Notes under the pieces: generated by a model
Databases searched by the model: none
The model's input: only the letters and a program-made list of their open reading frames with translations
What the model was told of the DNA's origin: nothing
Shown here: positions 1 to 13,343 of the stretch, piece by piece
Layout of the letters: each line of letters begins with the position of its first letter
Position numbering within the stretch: position 1 is the stretch's first letter
Program-made: the position numbers and the translations under genes
Source: Xylographa opegraphella
Taxonomy: Eukaryota
Reading direction: 5' to 3'
Assembly (NCBI GenBank): GCA_022813865.1
Contig: JALDZX010000007.1
Span: 372,001 to 436,000, forward strand
Length of the DNA stretch: 64,000 nucleotides

Positions 1-3000
1 GAATGGTCACAGGATCTTTCGGTTGCAATGCTTCCAATGCATTGCTGACAGCCTGCAGGGCTTGTGGAGTACACAGAACTTGAATGCCTCTATTCAATCG
101 TATCATGAATGTCGTATGAGCAGAACCTGTTTCTGGTGCTTGCCACTCCCCATCTTCGGGATACAGTATGACTGAGTCCTTCGGATTGGCTTCAGGAAGT
201 TCTGGCACATCGCGCATGTCTGGTTCAATGAACTGCAATGGAAAATAAGGAGCCTCGTATGAACTTGCGAAAATTACATTGGAAGGTGGAGGGCCATCGA
301 AAAGTCTTATATTGCCACCTTGATCATAACGAGACGGCTTCCGAGACGCTTGACTGATGGACTTAGATGGAGCTCGACGTGGAGAAGAAAAACTTGCACT
401 GTGGGTAGTAGATGGTAATGCGGAAACAGATCTCGAGCGGTTGCGTACTAGAGATGATCTTGGCGGCTTTCCTTTTGCAGATGCTGTAGACAGAAACGAA
501 CCCTTTCGAGTTGCCGCTGGAGTACGGACAGTGAACTCATATCCTTTCGGGCGGAAGAGGTCGGAACGAGCGGCTAACGAACGGTGACTCCGCAGAGGTT
601 TGGGCATTACTGGATATGGCATTGCTGGTGGCCGGATCCTGGTACCCTGGCGACGAGGCTCCAGGATCAAGCCAGGAGAGCAATCTTGCATAAGCCAAGG
701 GGTTCTATCGGTCCTTATATCATGAAGTCTAACGTGGTCTTGTTGGAGCCGCCTCATTTCTGTTAGACGCGGGCTAGCTCCTATCATTCGTACATCAACA
801 GAAGTTTCTATGAATCCCCACGTAATAACGCTTGGGTGGAGCTGTGTTCGATGCCGAGATGCCGATTGTGAGTCCACACATGCGAGTGTCAATCGAGGTA
901 TATCTAATTGAAGACGATCTGAGAATAAAGTCCCTGCCCAGTCATTGAACTCAACCTTGATCATTTCCGTGCTGAAAAGAAACACCGAATTCTGCACATG
1001 GACCCATATTCGGATAGGTTCAATCTTAGCACGGAGAAAGGTAACGTCGTGTAAAATAAGTGGGTCGAACGGGGGCAATGCGTTTTCTTCATCGCCAAAC
1101 GTGAAAGCAATGCATTTCAATGCTGAAAAGAGCGTTGACAGTACATCAATAGACGTTTCGCCCCTCACTTGACCAATTGCAAAGTCCCAGTTGCATACAT
1201 AGGTAGGCTCTGTAGGTGGAAGCCCAAAAAGCCGATGGCTGGAGATCACAATTCCGTCAATAAAGATCGGGGAACTCGACTGTTGCACCGTTGCGAAGGT
1301 TTGAGAAACATCAGTAAATGCTCGTGAAGCGGCGAGAGGGCTAAAGGACGCCTCAAGGTCCATGTAGTAATTAGTGAAGCGAATATCCATGGCAATGGAT
1401 GAAACATCGATTTTAATGTTATCCCTGGCTGAGTAAAGATTTGCTGGCAGCATGAGACAAGCGCCTTCAGCAATTACACCCAATATAACGTCCAGGTCAT
1501 TGCTAACCTTCGCAGGCAGATTGTCTCCTGCAGCATCTATCCCTGGCTTTGTTGATTTGGTGATATGCTGCTGATACTCCTCTAGCGTTTGGAAGTGTAA
1601 GTCCTCGCCGAAATAATTGTCTTTGATCTTAATGAAGTACCGGATTAAAAATCCATAAAGATGGACCGTAGGTGCAATACCCTGAAGATTCAACACTAAG
1701 GTATCTGTCAAACCCTCAGCGATTGTGGTGCAATAACTATAATAACCATCGAAGCTGAGATCCTTCAACGTGGCGACCTCAGGATCATCAAGTAACGTAT
1801 GCTGCGTATTCCATGTCGGCGTACACAGTGAGAATCCTCCATGAAATGCATTAACATCGAAGAGGACTTTACTCTTCAAGGGCCTGTACTCAATGAGCGG
1901 AATGCTTAGGTTGACATTCAATTTATCGCCCCACACAACAACGAAGGCATTGTCATCCAGATCGGAAGGATTGTTTATGATATTAGAATCGTTGACATTA
2001 AGATAAAGCTTAAAATTCGGAAGTAGAAGATGCAGGTTATACTGAAAGGGAACAAAAGTGCTGAAGGCACCCTGCGGAGCACTTGCCCAGTCGCTTATTA
2101 GATCCGTCAGTAGAAAAACATGATCTCGAAGAATGAACACCTCTAGTCCTTGGCTCTGAACTTCGAACGACCAATTCCTCAACGCATTCCACTTCAAAGG
2201 ATTAGATAAGTCGCACGAAATTGTCTGGAATTGGGAGCGCCAAAGGAGGCCATGATTAACACTACTTGACATTTCTGGTGACTTGAGATCAACGTGAAGA
2301 CGATTATGAAACATGGATCCAGATGCGACCATATCCAGGGTGTAAGAGATATAGCTGTCTTGGGCCACCGTTATGCTGAGCCAGCCTGGAGGTCGAATCT
2401 CTGGGGCCAAGGATGCTTTCTTACGTCGACTGCGTTTATAAGCTGGCTTCTTTTTCTCTTGCACAAGATCTGGTGCGCTACCGGTGCTTGCATGACCCCG
2501 CCACCTCCAGTCCTTTGACTCTTCTCTTGTAGGTATTCGGAGAGTGACCTCCTTTTCAAGCTCGACTACAATCCGGAACACAGTACTGACTCTGGTTTGT
2601 CCGGCTACCAACGGCTTGGTAATCGCAGTATCTGCACGCAAGCTAGGAAAGAATACGGTTTGGAGATCGTTTCTTTGCCTATCGGCCCATGGACCGTAGT
2701 TGATAATACCTCCATTGACCTTTATATCAAGTCCCCATTCAGGAGGTTTACTTCCGTTGATATCTTTCCCGTAACCTCGCCGTAGATGTTCTGGGGTTGC
2801 CGTGACCGGCATGACAAGGCCTGGAACATCCCAGAAGAAGCTTACAGCTAATGCGGGAGAGTCAACAATGGTGTAAGTGCTCGCATACTCAATTGCTTTC
2901 CAGCGCTCTTGTTCGGCAAGGTCATCTGCATCTGCGTCAAGATATCGTGAAAGCCCTAGCCATCTATTGTGTCCAGTTTCCGGGTCTCCAAAGTTAGGTT

Positions 3001-4317
3001 TTGTGGCAGACTCAGATGCTTTAGCATTTTCAGGCAACATAGATTCTACAGACCGGTTGAAATAAGGTATCAGTACTCCAGCTGATCGGAAAAATGCATG
3101 TCGAGCTCGGCGATAATCGAATAATCGGTATGATCTGTGATGCATATTGTCCAGATTGCCCTCTGCCTGTTTCAATTTCGAACCATAATCCAATTGTGTC
3201 TCTTTGAAACCTTGATTTGGTTTGAGCTCTATCGTGGGACGATCAAAGTCGAAGTCAAAGCATTGCCTATACAGGTCTTGGGGGCCAGAATTGCGAAAAT
3301 CAATTAGTCCTTTCGCACTGTCAGACTTTGCCACTAATACAGCGTGGGTATTCTCGTTTCCCATGACGAGTGCTCCTCGAGTACATTGCACTGCTATAGG
3401 GAAGGCACTGGAGTAAAATGGCAGCTTTCTTCGGATAAATTGAGCATCGAAAGTTGAGTTTCGACTTCCAGTATCAACAGAGACAACCTTTTCGATATTT
3501 TTGAGTAGTTCCTCTGACTTATCACCAGAACCGTAAACTACTTCGAGCTCGGGATAACCTTGAGGGTTCTCTGCTGTAGCGAACCGAGATGCTCCAAACG
3601 ACGAGGCAGAACTTGACGAATGACCTCGAGCGGTTGTTTCCGCCTCAGTCATAGAGTCATCGGATGTTGTACCATGTTCGGATTGTGATAATCTAGCTAA
3701 GATAGCATCGTATGCAGAGCTCCGGTTATAGATGAACCACTCTAGGCCACGAGCTTCGACAGCAATCCGAGAAGGTATGTTTTGTACCCCTAGCTTTCCG
3801 GCTTGCTCGCCACAACTAGGAGCGCGCCCCCGAGATGCATTATCAGAACTAGGAAACTTATTTCCCAGTCCATTGCTAGCCTCTTGAGGGTCGATGGCTT
3901 CCATATGTCGTACCCATCGTAGCCAGTACCTCCATGTGATGTGACCATCATGGACTAGTACGGTTTCATTCTCCCCATGATATCGGAGACACTTGAAGAA
4001 TACCCGTCCGCCAAGTAAGGAGAACTGGAGAGACTTGAATTCAATGTGAACTTGGTATTGATGCCATGTGTACGCCCGGAGGAGCTGAGATATTACGAAA
4101 GCAAAGAGAGGGTTGAAGTAGAAGACGAAGAGGATCGAGCTACAGAAGTACAGAACGTAAGCTTCGTTGCAAACCGTAGATGGGATCAATACTGACACAA
4201 GTCCAAAAGCGAGTAGCTCAACCAAAAACACCCTTCACTCAGGTTAGCAATGTAGTGTTCGAGCCTATCTCAGGGATTGGTCTTGTACCAACTAAAGAGG
4301 TAAATGCCGCCAGCCAT
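1..4317 (-). CDS. CSF1: Csf1 / BLTP1-family bridge-like lipid transfer protein, 5' part (continues beyond left edge)
   Basis: Manual splicing from ATG 4317 over two short introns gives MAGGIYLFSWVFLVELLAFGLVSILFVFYFNPLFAFVISQLLRAYTWHQYQVHIEFKSLQFSLLGGRVFFKCLRYHGRNETVLVHDGHITWRYW, the characteristic fungal Csf1 N-terminus. The motif DIRFTNYYMDL is read near 1360-1390. Not in the ORF track, consistent with no stop inside the window. Confidence 0.88.
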
Positions 4318-4839
4318 AACCCCAACCACTACCCTGCATCTATGGCACCGTCAACCTCGTTGTCGCCGCAAATCACCAAAGCCATCGGTCACTCGACACA
4401 AATCGTGGCTTCATTTGACTTGCAGGTATGGGTGCGTAAGCCAACAGTAATGGGACCGGCGCGTGTAAGCGGAAGCTGTTGAAGACGCACTTAGATTCCC
4501 AGAGGGAAGTGAACGAGTTCGAGACCCTTTAGGGCAAAGTTGCAGGGATCCGATAGGAAATAAGGTTGTGTCAACCGAACAGTGGCACGCGTCATTGGCC
4601 GCCATGGGCTTGAAGGAGCAGCGAGCCAGATTTTGTGCCGGCATACGACACCTCCGCGGTGCCTTCATGTCCAGCGTTTCAACACATCTGCAAAAGCGTC
4701 TTGCGTTTGAGATCCTTCGGTCGTTGTATGTCAACCTATGACTATCAAGTTCAGAAATATCCATGTTAACACGCTACTAGACCACCACGCCCGAGTACTT
4801 TGAGTCGAGGCTTCTACAAGTGATTGATAGTATCACTCG

Positions 4840-7047
4840 ATGCTCAGCATACTGAACGTCGCGCCCAGCGGCGGGACGGGTACGAAGCTTACTACCGCCA
4901 CGATCATCGTCAGCGGAGTTGCGGCATTAGTCGCTTCCCTGGTATCTTTTTTGCAAGTAGTCCTCCTATTCTCTACATGAGGTCTCGAATCTGACTGGGC
5001 TTTCCTTAGGTCTATGTGGCTGCAAACGTACGACCTATGTTCGATCCATATAACCAGAAGTCTGACGTCTTCCTAGTAAGAACTATCGAAAGCCCTTACT
5101 TCAGCGATACGTTGTTCGGATCCTGCTCATGTACGGATGCTCAATACCCCTACAGGAAGTCCACTGATGGCTTTCAGGGTACCTATATATTCTGCTTCAT
5201 CGTGGGGGAGTTTGATGTCTTTAAGAGCAGCATTATATCTCGATCCATTAAGGGATATCTACGAGGTACGTTTTGATGTGGGCGCATTGGAACCTCGTTG
5301 ACATAGGCGACAAGGCATTCACCATTTATACATTCTTCCAGCTTCTTATCAATTTCCTTGGCGGTGAAAGATCCCTCATAATCATGATGTACGGCCGCCA
5401 ACCTGTACGTCACCCTTGGCCTTTAAGCCAATGCCTTGCTACGGTGGACATTTCAGATCCGCACACCTTCCTTGCCATCAAACGAGGCATATTGCAGTAC
5501 GCTTGGCTGAAGCCAATCCTAAGCTTTGTAACAATCATCATGAAACTTACCGATACATATCAGGAAGGCTACCTAGGACCAACATCAGGCTACCTTTGGA
5601 CTGGAATACTCTATAATGTTAGTGTGACGTTGAGCCTGTACTCCTTGGCTATGTTTTGGGTGTGCATGTCTCAAGATCTGAAACCTTTCCGACCTGTTCC
5701 CAAATTTCTTTGTGTTAAATTGATAATATTCGCATCATATTGGCAGGGTTTCTTCTTGTCCATATTACAGTTCCTAGGCGCAATTCCGAACGACTTTGCT
5801 GGTTATACGCCTGACAACCTTGCGGCTGCGATCCAGGATGCGCTTATATGTTGCGAGATGCCAATATTCGCTGTTGCGCACTGGTATGCTTTCTCTTGGC
5901 ACGACTACGCAGATGTCACTATCTCTGCGGCTCGTATGCCCGTCAAGTACGCCGTTCGCGATTCGTTCGGAATTCGAGATCTGATCGAAGACACGAAAGA
6001 AACCTTTGGTGGCTCACAATACGAGTACAGGAGTTACGACACGATGGATAATGTCATAGGGCATGAAGAGTCAGACTCGCGGATCGCCCGCATGAAGCAA
6101 GGTATGCGGTACGAACGAGGCGGGAAAGGGAAGTACTGGATACCAAGACCTGGAGAGATAAATAGTCGCACGCCGCTTCTAGCGAGCAAAGCGAGCCCAG
6201 CCGGTCCCAGTCATACACGTTCAATAAGCCCACGAAAGAGCCACGGAACGCTGGATGACGTTAGAGGGTCCGACGATGTGCATGAAGCCAAAATAGACCC
6301 GGACGACGAACGACTGTATGCAAGCGCTAGGGCTCTTGAGTTTGGGGATTGGAATGTGCGTTGTATCATTGACAGCCCGAGTACAGAATTCTACTAAACT
6401 GTTCGTAGTATCCTGTTATAACAGCTCATGTTCCATCGAGCGAAAGGTGGCTTCAATCGGATCCTGATGTCATCACAACTTCTACCAATCGTAAACTTCT
6501 TCATCCGAACGAGGCCAGCAAACAGCGTCGAGAAAGCAACTTGGTGAAGAAGCTGGACAAGGGGAAACACCGGTCGAGCTCAAGCAGCGGAAGTCCGTCG
6601 AGGTCTCGAATACGGGCGCCGGTAGTGGAAGGACTCATTAGGGAAGAATCGTCTGGCTCTTCAAAGTCGGTGAAGTCGGCGAGAAGCGGGCTAGTCGATC
6701 TTGTAGTGGAAGACACGGAAGCCGAAGAAAGAGAACGAGTGCGTGCAAGGAAGGAAGGTGGAGCAGAGTGGAATGTGGAAGAACCTAAGCAGTTTGTGTA
6801 TGCTCATGTTAGATCCTTTGCGGGACTCTTTACTAATTCGACATACAGACGGACATATGACGACGAGGACCAAGGGGAGGCACTTCGACATGGCTTCGAA
6901 CCGCCAAGCGAGGTCCAAGCAGGTGAAGCGTCGGATTTTGCGGTTGGGGAGGACGAGGACAGAATCTCGGAGCATTCACAGACTGGAAAATCGCCTCTGG
7001 ATGAACTAGACGACAGGCATATATGGGGCGATTCGAGTAATAAGTAA
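4840..7047 (+). CDS. TMEM184/DUF300 (organic solute transporter OST-alpha family) membrane protein
   Basis: Spliced N-terminus ...VSFLSMWLQTKNYRKPLLQRYVVRILLMVPIYS...DPLRDIYEAFTIYTFFQLLINFLGGERS joins ORF 5273-6397 (KRGILQY, PKFLCVKLIIFASYWQG, QDALICCEMP). A low-complexity tail runs to TAA 7047. Confidence 0.88.
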
Positions 7048-7287
7048 CAAAAATGATACCCTTTGGCTACGACACTTTACATGCTAGCATTCATATGAGC
7101 GGAAGTTTATGGTCAAGTCAAATACGATTCAATTGAGAGAATTGCGCAAATGTCATTTATAGTATGTTTTAATTATCATGTAAGAACAAGAACCCGCAAA
7201 CGCCGGTCGCTATGCAAAAACAAAAAGTCATAAATCATACCCGATGTGGAGGGACCAGCCTAGCACATCAAGAAGCCGATCTCTTCC

Positions 7288-8215
7288 TCAACGAACGTAA
7301 GTCGAAGACGCCCTGCGCTGGCGGTAGTCGGGCTCAACCCAGGCAATCTCCTGCTGGATACTCTTCTGCACCTCCGGGGCCGCGAGCAGCCTCTGCGCCA
7401 GACGCTCATTCTCCGCTTTCTCGTCCGAAAATTTGTTGTACGCCTCACTCTCCGCGGTCGCCTTCTTCCACCCGTTGACGGCGTTGTTGACACACACCGC
7501 TGCCACACCGACGCTGAAGATGTCCATCAGGATGGCCTTGTTGCGCTTGCTCCGGGCCTCGGCGATGTCTGCGGGGTCGCTCGACCATGTCTCACGGTGG
7601 CTCTTTCGGCGGGTTTCGTGAGCTTTGGTCGATTGGTAGATGTTGTTTGCCGCGGCGATGGTCGTGATGCCGGCGAGGCCGGTGTAGATGTACTTCTTGT
7701 TGCGCAGCTTTTTCTGCTCGTCCGCTTCGGTCTCGGACATGGGTACGTCGCTGTCGGTGGAGCTGCTGCGGCGGGAGTCGCGCGAGCTGCGGCGAGAGTG
7801 CCGGGACTCCCGGCGCTGTATTTCGTGGTCTAGTGTCCCGTAGTACGGGATTACGCCGAAACCATCGCGGTTGGAGGAGCGTCTGCGAGGAGCTCCGGGA
7901 CTGAGGGCCTCGGTGTTGGTATCAGTGAAGGTGCTGTACCGTCGCTGGGAACTGGTGGAGCGGCTGGCTCGACGGCTATAGTCGTCGCGATAATCAACAG
8001 GAGAACGGCGGGGACCATAGGCATCGTGGGAGCCGTGGCGGCGGTGTACGTAGATCTGTTCCACTATCTCGGCGTCATCTTCCTGTGGGATAAGAGCTTG
8101 CTGGCTGGCTGAACTCCTGCGATGACGGGCTCTGAGGACCTCTTCTACTTAGAGTCAGCCAGTAAGGTGCAATCCAAGGGTCAAGAGAAGCACCATTGTC
8201 TCTGTATTCAGGCAT
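7288..8215 (-). CDS. Arg/Ser-rich fungal protein with C-terminal paired hydrophobic helices (resembles the C-terminus of DUF3824-containing proteins)
   Basis: A short exon MPEYRDN (ATG 8215) plus one intron leads into ORF 7288-8064. Motifs TGLAGITTIAAANNIYQS and ILMDIFSVGVAAVCVNNAVNGWK are present. The family call is from memory of similar fungal proteins. Confidence 0.6.
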
Positions 8216-9156
8216 GGTAAATGTAGTCTGAACCTGGAAATTAAGTAAATGATAAAATATTCTACGGATGGCAAGAGACGAGAAAAGGAAACGATCACGC
8301 TCGCGTGATCTCTCTGTATGCTGAGCTTGAAAGACGGAAGTTTAAAAACGAGAGCAGTGCGAGGAGAAAAGTATGTTATTATCTGTCTTCTCTTCTGGTA
8401 GGATTATTGCGCCCCAATCGAAGCTTTCAAACCATCTTCACAAACGACTGTTCCAAGACATGAAACAGTTACTCTCTCCCCTGTAACACGGACGCAACGA
8501 TTCTTTAACCAGTCGCGTATAACATCAAAGCGACACAGAGCCACTGGAACTCTCCCGGAGACATTCCAATGGCTGTTGTGAATGTTGTTGTCGCGTTGTT
8601 GTTGGAGTTGTCTGCTCTTTAGCGAACGAGAATCATCATGCTGTGCCAAGGCCTAATGAAGGTACACTAGCTCGACTAGGTAAGCTCAGCCCTGGGTCCA
8701 ACTTCACCTTACGATTGTGTTCGGTCAGACCGTTGCCACAGGCTGTGAGCTTTATGCGAATGCTGATAAGCTATTCAATACGATGCTCACAATAGAAAAT
8801 TCTTAGGATAGTCGCCATCTCGGAAAAGCTCGTCTTCTTAGTCATGTCGATCCATGCACTCCATGACCAACAGATCTCGGCAATCTAGCACTAGCAGTAG
8901 TGCTCCGCAGTCTAAAATTGCCATGTACCAATCATGGGAAAGTTGGCGTCCACCACATTTCTTTCATGAGTCAAAGAGCATACGCCAAAGCAGAACTCCA
9001 TGACATCACAACTCGAAGAAGCTAGGAATCGAGACTTCCTAAGGCGCAGCATGGCATCACTACACTCATGCTCCTTAACTATACCTACAGTCATTCCCCA
9101 GACCCATCCACTATACTTATCCTTGAGTTCGAACATAAGCGCATTCAACAGTCCAG

Positions 9157-11046
9157 ATGGCAGGCTACCGTCCAGTCGAGGATGGGAATAAGAAAAGAGT
9201 ACTGGTCGTGGGTGCTGGTGCAGCTGGTGAGCCGAATACTGTATTTTAGGTTTCGTACAAACATTGATTGTGATTTCAGGAATGTCTTGCGCCCAGCATC
9301 TCGCCCAGCATCCAGACAGGTTCGACGTGACTATCATCGATGCCGTTGATTATTGTGGTGGTCAAGCATTTTCAATCCCGATTGACAAAGAAAAGCATGG
9401 AGCCAGTTGGTTGAACCAGGGCGTTCAAGGTGGTAGCAATATTTTTCATCATACCATGACGATGTTCTCGCGTCAAGGACATCACGCCGATCCGGTGAAG
9501 TTGCAGGTGTGACTTATATTCTCGTGTAAGAAGCTTAGCTCACTATTGTTTCAAGGTCTCCTTTGGCAAAGACGACAAGTTTTGGAGCAATGTATTTCCC
9601 ACGAAGCTGCTTGCACGGCACACAAAGGAGATAAAACGCTTTCACACCATGCTCAAAATCGTTCGCTGGTTCGAGGTCATTTTTGCGATAATTCCAATCA
9701 AAGTTTTGATGAAATTATTTTTCTTCTCGGAGGAATTCGCAAACACGGTAGCACTCCCGATGGTAGCTCTCTTCCTTGGAACCGGAAATTATACCCCTGA
9801 GGTTCCATCAATCATTTTGGAGAGACTGGTCACAAGTCCTACCTATGGCATGTGGTATCCCGGCGATCCACTTACCATTGCGAGTAATTTACCACCCATG
9901 GTCGTGTTCCCGAATTTTAGTGTCTTCTATGAGGATTGGCGGAAGAGTCTGGTTGCAAAGGGGGTCAAGGTGCGACTTTCAACAGAGCTTACCGAGGTGG
10001 TCAGTAGAGACAAAAATGGCGTTGTTGTGAAAATGATCAAGAGAACACCAGAGCCAGACCATCATAACGCTGTCAGTGCATGGGTCGCTCCCGCCAGTGA
10101 TCCACACGGTGGCGCTGACGCCGGTGCTGAAGAGGCAGAAGAACACTACGATGAGCTTGTGCTCTGTGTCCTGTAAGTGCTCTTGCTTTGCTAATTGTCA
10201 GTGATATGGTGACTAATGCTTTGGGACTGTTCCAGGGCGGACACCGCCAAGAGAATCCTCGGTCGTACCGCCACGTATCGCGAGAAGAAGGTGCTTGGGA
10301 GTGCCAAATTCTCTGACGATATCACGGTAACGCACACCGACAGCGACTATATGAAACGGCACTATGAGAACTTCTACAATCCTGAGCAAGCCGTCACCCA
10401 GATCGAGGGCGTCGATCAGACAACTCGTATAGAAATGGCAAAGAAATCTTTCAAGCCCATGTACTACATCAAAGAGTATCCAGAGGATCTTTCAAAGCTC
10501 GAGATGTGTTTCGATTGTACCAACTACCAAGCTCAATTCCCACCTGAAGTTAAGTTCGAGAACCACGTGTTCCAGACCATCTTTCTTAACAAGAAACGAG
10601 ACGGCCACCTTTGGAGTATCGACGAGATTGACGAGAGTAAGATTATTCGCAAAGATTGGTGGCATCAGCTCTGTCACTCCTTCACACACTACCTATTTGT
10701 CATTCCGTGGATGATGTTCTTGCAAGGACGCAAAAACACCCGTTTCGCAGCCGCTTGGACGCTCATCAATGCTCACGAGATTGCAGTCATGAGTGGCATT
10801 GCAGCAGCTGTAGATCTTGGCGCTCAATACCCCGAAGACCTCGAGCGGGATAAGTTCGCGCTTCTGAGCTTCAGACTGTACTATCTCTTAGTCTATGGGC
10901 GCTGGTACCGAAAGAAGGCCCCGAAAGAAGGCCCTGGCAAGGACTGGGCAAGTGGATTGTACGGAAGCATTTATCAAGGTCCTGGCGTTGTCAACGAAGA
11001 TAGGTCTATGTGGCGTGAGGAACAGAAGAAGGGGAACTCCACTTAG
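9157..11046 (+). CDS. FAD-dependent oxidoreductase (flavin amine oxidase/dehydrogenase-like)
   Basis: Spliced N-terminus MAGYRPVEDGNKKRVLVVGAGAAGMSCAQHLAQHPDRFDVTIIDAVDYCGGQA carries the Rossmann GxGxxG and GG motifs. It links ORFs 9264-9512, 9649-10176 and 10216-11046, with a C-terminal AAAWTLINAHEIAVMSGIAAA FAD-contact segment. Confidence 0.85.
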
Positions 11047-12413
11047 GTGTGTTGGGACAATGCTCGTTGTTGTATGGTGATGTACTTCTTGTTCGATAGC
11101 GTTGGTGCTGGATGACGGGCGAAAAGGACTGATACCTAACGGTGATGGTTGGGACCCAGTTGATGATCTAGTATAGTGTGTTCACAATGAAATTCCCATT
11201 CAGCTTAATAATCCAGCAGTCCTCCCGATTGTCCTGTGCACCGTTCTGTATATAGCATAAAAGCGTAGTTTGAGCATCAAGCCAGCCATCACCTGTATCG
11301 GTCTAGCATCATTACAAAAGCGGCCATTCCGCAAATCAGACTTGTACCAAAGTTGGCATATTGTAGAATCCCTCGAACTCTGGAGCGGGAGAATGACCCC
11401 CCAATCCGCTTCCGCGATTGTCAGTATACTCCGGTGGCAGAAGACAAATCATATTCAGGGTGCTGTTGGGGTAAAGACCTCTCGGCTCGCTTGTGACCTG
11501 TTAGGGCTTCCACGCTCGCTTGGCACCAGGTGGTGTGGACTGTGTGGGATAAAGCCGAGTCCTGCACACAGGCCTTTTGCCCGCTATGCAAGAGCAAAAG
11601 GGGCGCTTGTGCTGTCGGGATAAGAAATTGTAGTATTATGAGATTCTACCCAAGGGAGTTTATTTTTCGGGCAGTCCTGGGATGCCAACCTGGAGCCTCC
11701 AGCCTCATGTGAATTCCGTTCTCAAGCTTCGGCTACGATGGATTAGGGGGCCGGGTGGGGTGAGACAGATCTTTTTTCCGCCTCGATGGATATGATAATT
11801 TGGCGATATGGGGCGGAGAATACTTTTTTCGCATCTGGAAAGGCATTGGTTTGGAATCATCTTCGTCGGTCTTTGTCGCAGAGCGGACGTCTATGGGAAC
11901 AGGGGTTGTTTGTCTCGCTTGCGTTTACAACAACCGACTAGCGTTTACAGTGGTGACTATTCAGCCGCGTAGCGCTACAATAGATCACGTGGTCGAGGTT
12001 AATATCAGCACCAAAATCACTGTAGCATGAGGATCAAGTTGTATCTCATAAATTGTTCTACTCGCACGCATACTCGCACGCATCTCAAACAAAGCCCACA
12101 ACCAACCCCAGCCCAGCCGGTAGAAAGCACAGTAAATCCACAACATGCACCCTTATACCAAATACAGCAATCATGTCATGAGTCGTGAAGGTACCGAAAG
12201 TCGAGAAAAAGCATGCATGTAATATGGAAAATAGAAAGCAGAGACCGAGGTCGTCTAGTCGTACATAAAAACATCTCCCAGCTGGGAGACGTTGTGGACC
12301 AGGTATGGAGTCGGTCGCTCCGAACGCGAGGTGTTCTGCAAGGCGGCAGCTAGCACCTCAGGCAACGAGCACGTTTACCTGGAGCCTGACGGGCCGGCTC
12401 TGGGTGGATTGAG

Positions 12414-13343
12414 TCAGCTGCTGGAGCCTTCATGTGCCCCGGCATCGTCCTCGGAATCGTCCCCGGCATCGTCCTCAGTAGCGGGATCGGCATTGTGACT
12501 GGGTCCGGCTATCATTCCGCTGGGTTGCAGAGGCAAATAGGGTTCGATCGTGGCATATGGAGACACATACAGTAGCCCTGTTGAGGCTAATGACGGTAGC
12601 TGTTTCGATGATGGTGGTGGCACCTTGTTTTCTAGTGGTACGCGACCGTTGACCTTCAACTCAAAGCCGTCCTCCTCGATGAACCAAGTTGCGTATGGAC
12701 ATCTGATAATCCCCCACTTGATAGCCTGTTGCATGGCTTTTTCGACGTGGAGGGCAGTGTATCGCTTGTCAAACATTGCGACTCGGCGGTCCATAAGCTC
12801 TGCAAGTTTTCCATAATTAAGGACCTTCCCATCAAGGTCCACGTCGCCAGAATCCTTCAACTCCTTCCATGAATCTACTAGATAGACAAAATGATGGTTT
12901 GGCCAAGATAGCGGTTCGTCCGGCTCATCTCCAGAAATCTTTCGGCTGCGGCGAAAAGCCCAGTAGAGATTCTCGAGTGTATCAATATTACAATCCGGGA
13001 AATTACCGTCACGTTGCAATGCTGCTGCAATTTCTCTTGGGTTGCGGGAATTTAGCTGCTCGATGAAGCGTATCGTGGGCACAAGATCCATTGACATGAA
13101 AAAGGTGGCGGGTTGGGAGTTTAGCCGAGCTAGTTCCATTGCCATCAGGGATTCTGGCCTGGCACTCTGGATTTCAACAACTCCCCTTATGGAATGATGG
13201 GTGTATTTTCTTGCTGGTGAACGAAATGGAAGCTGCGCTGCGAAGGTCTGCATAGCGTCGGCTAGCTCTTCGCGGTAGAAGCGTTGAGTTATCTTAAGAT
13301 ATGTTACTAGCCTAATTTCGTCCTCCCTCCAGGGCTCACGCAT
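12414..13343 (-). CDS. Hypothetical protein with possible Myb/SANT-like HTH repeats
   Basis: Open frame of about 310 codons from ATG 13343 with an acidic tail. An upstream intron-like segment (gtaagc...ttatag, about 13460-13376) suggests extra 5' exons. No recognised family. Confidence 0.5.
   Translation of the reverse strand: MREPWREDEIRLVTYLKITQRFYREELADAMQTFAAQLPFRSPARKYTHHSIRGVVEIQSARPESLMAMELARLNSQPATFFMSMDLVPTIRFIEQLNSRNPREIAAALQRDGNFPDCNIDTLENLYWAFRRSRKISGDEPDEPLSWPNHHFVYLVDSWKELKDSGDVDLDGKVLNYGKLAELMDRRVAMFDKRYTALHVEKAMQQAIKWGIIRCPYATWFIEEDGFELKVNGRVPLENKVPPPSSKQLPSLASTGLLYVSPYATIEPYLPLQPSGMIAGPSHNADPATEDDAGDDSEDDAGAHEGSSS

Noticed and set aside
357..4482. Short plus-strand ORFs
   Set aside because: They are antisense shadows of the long CSF1 frame.
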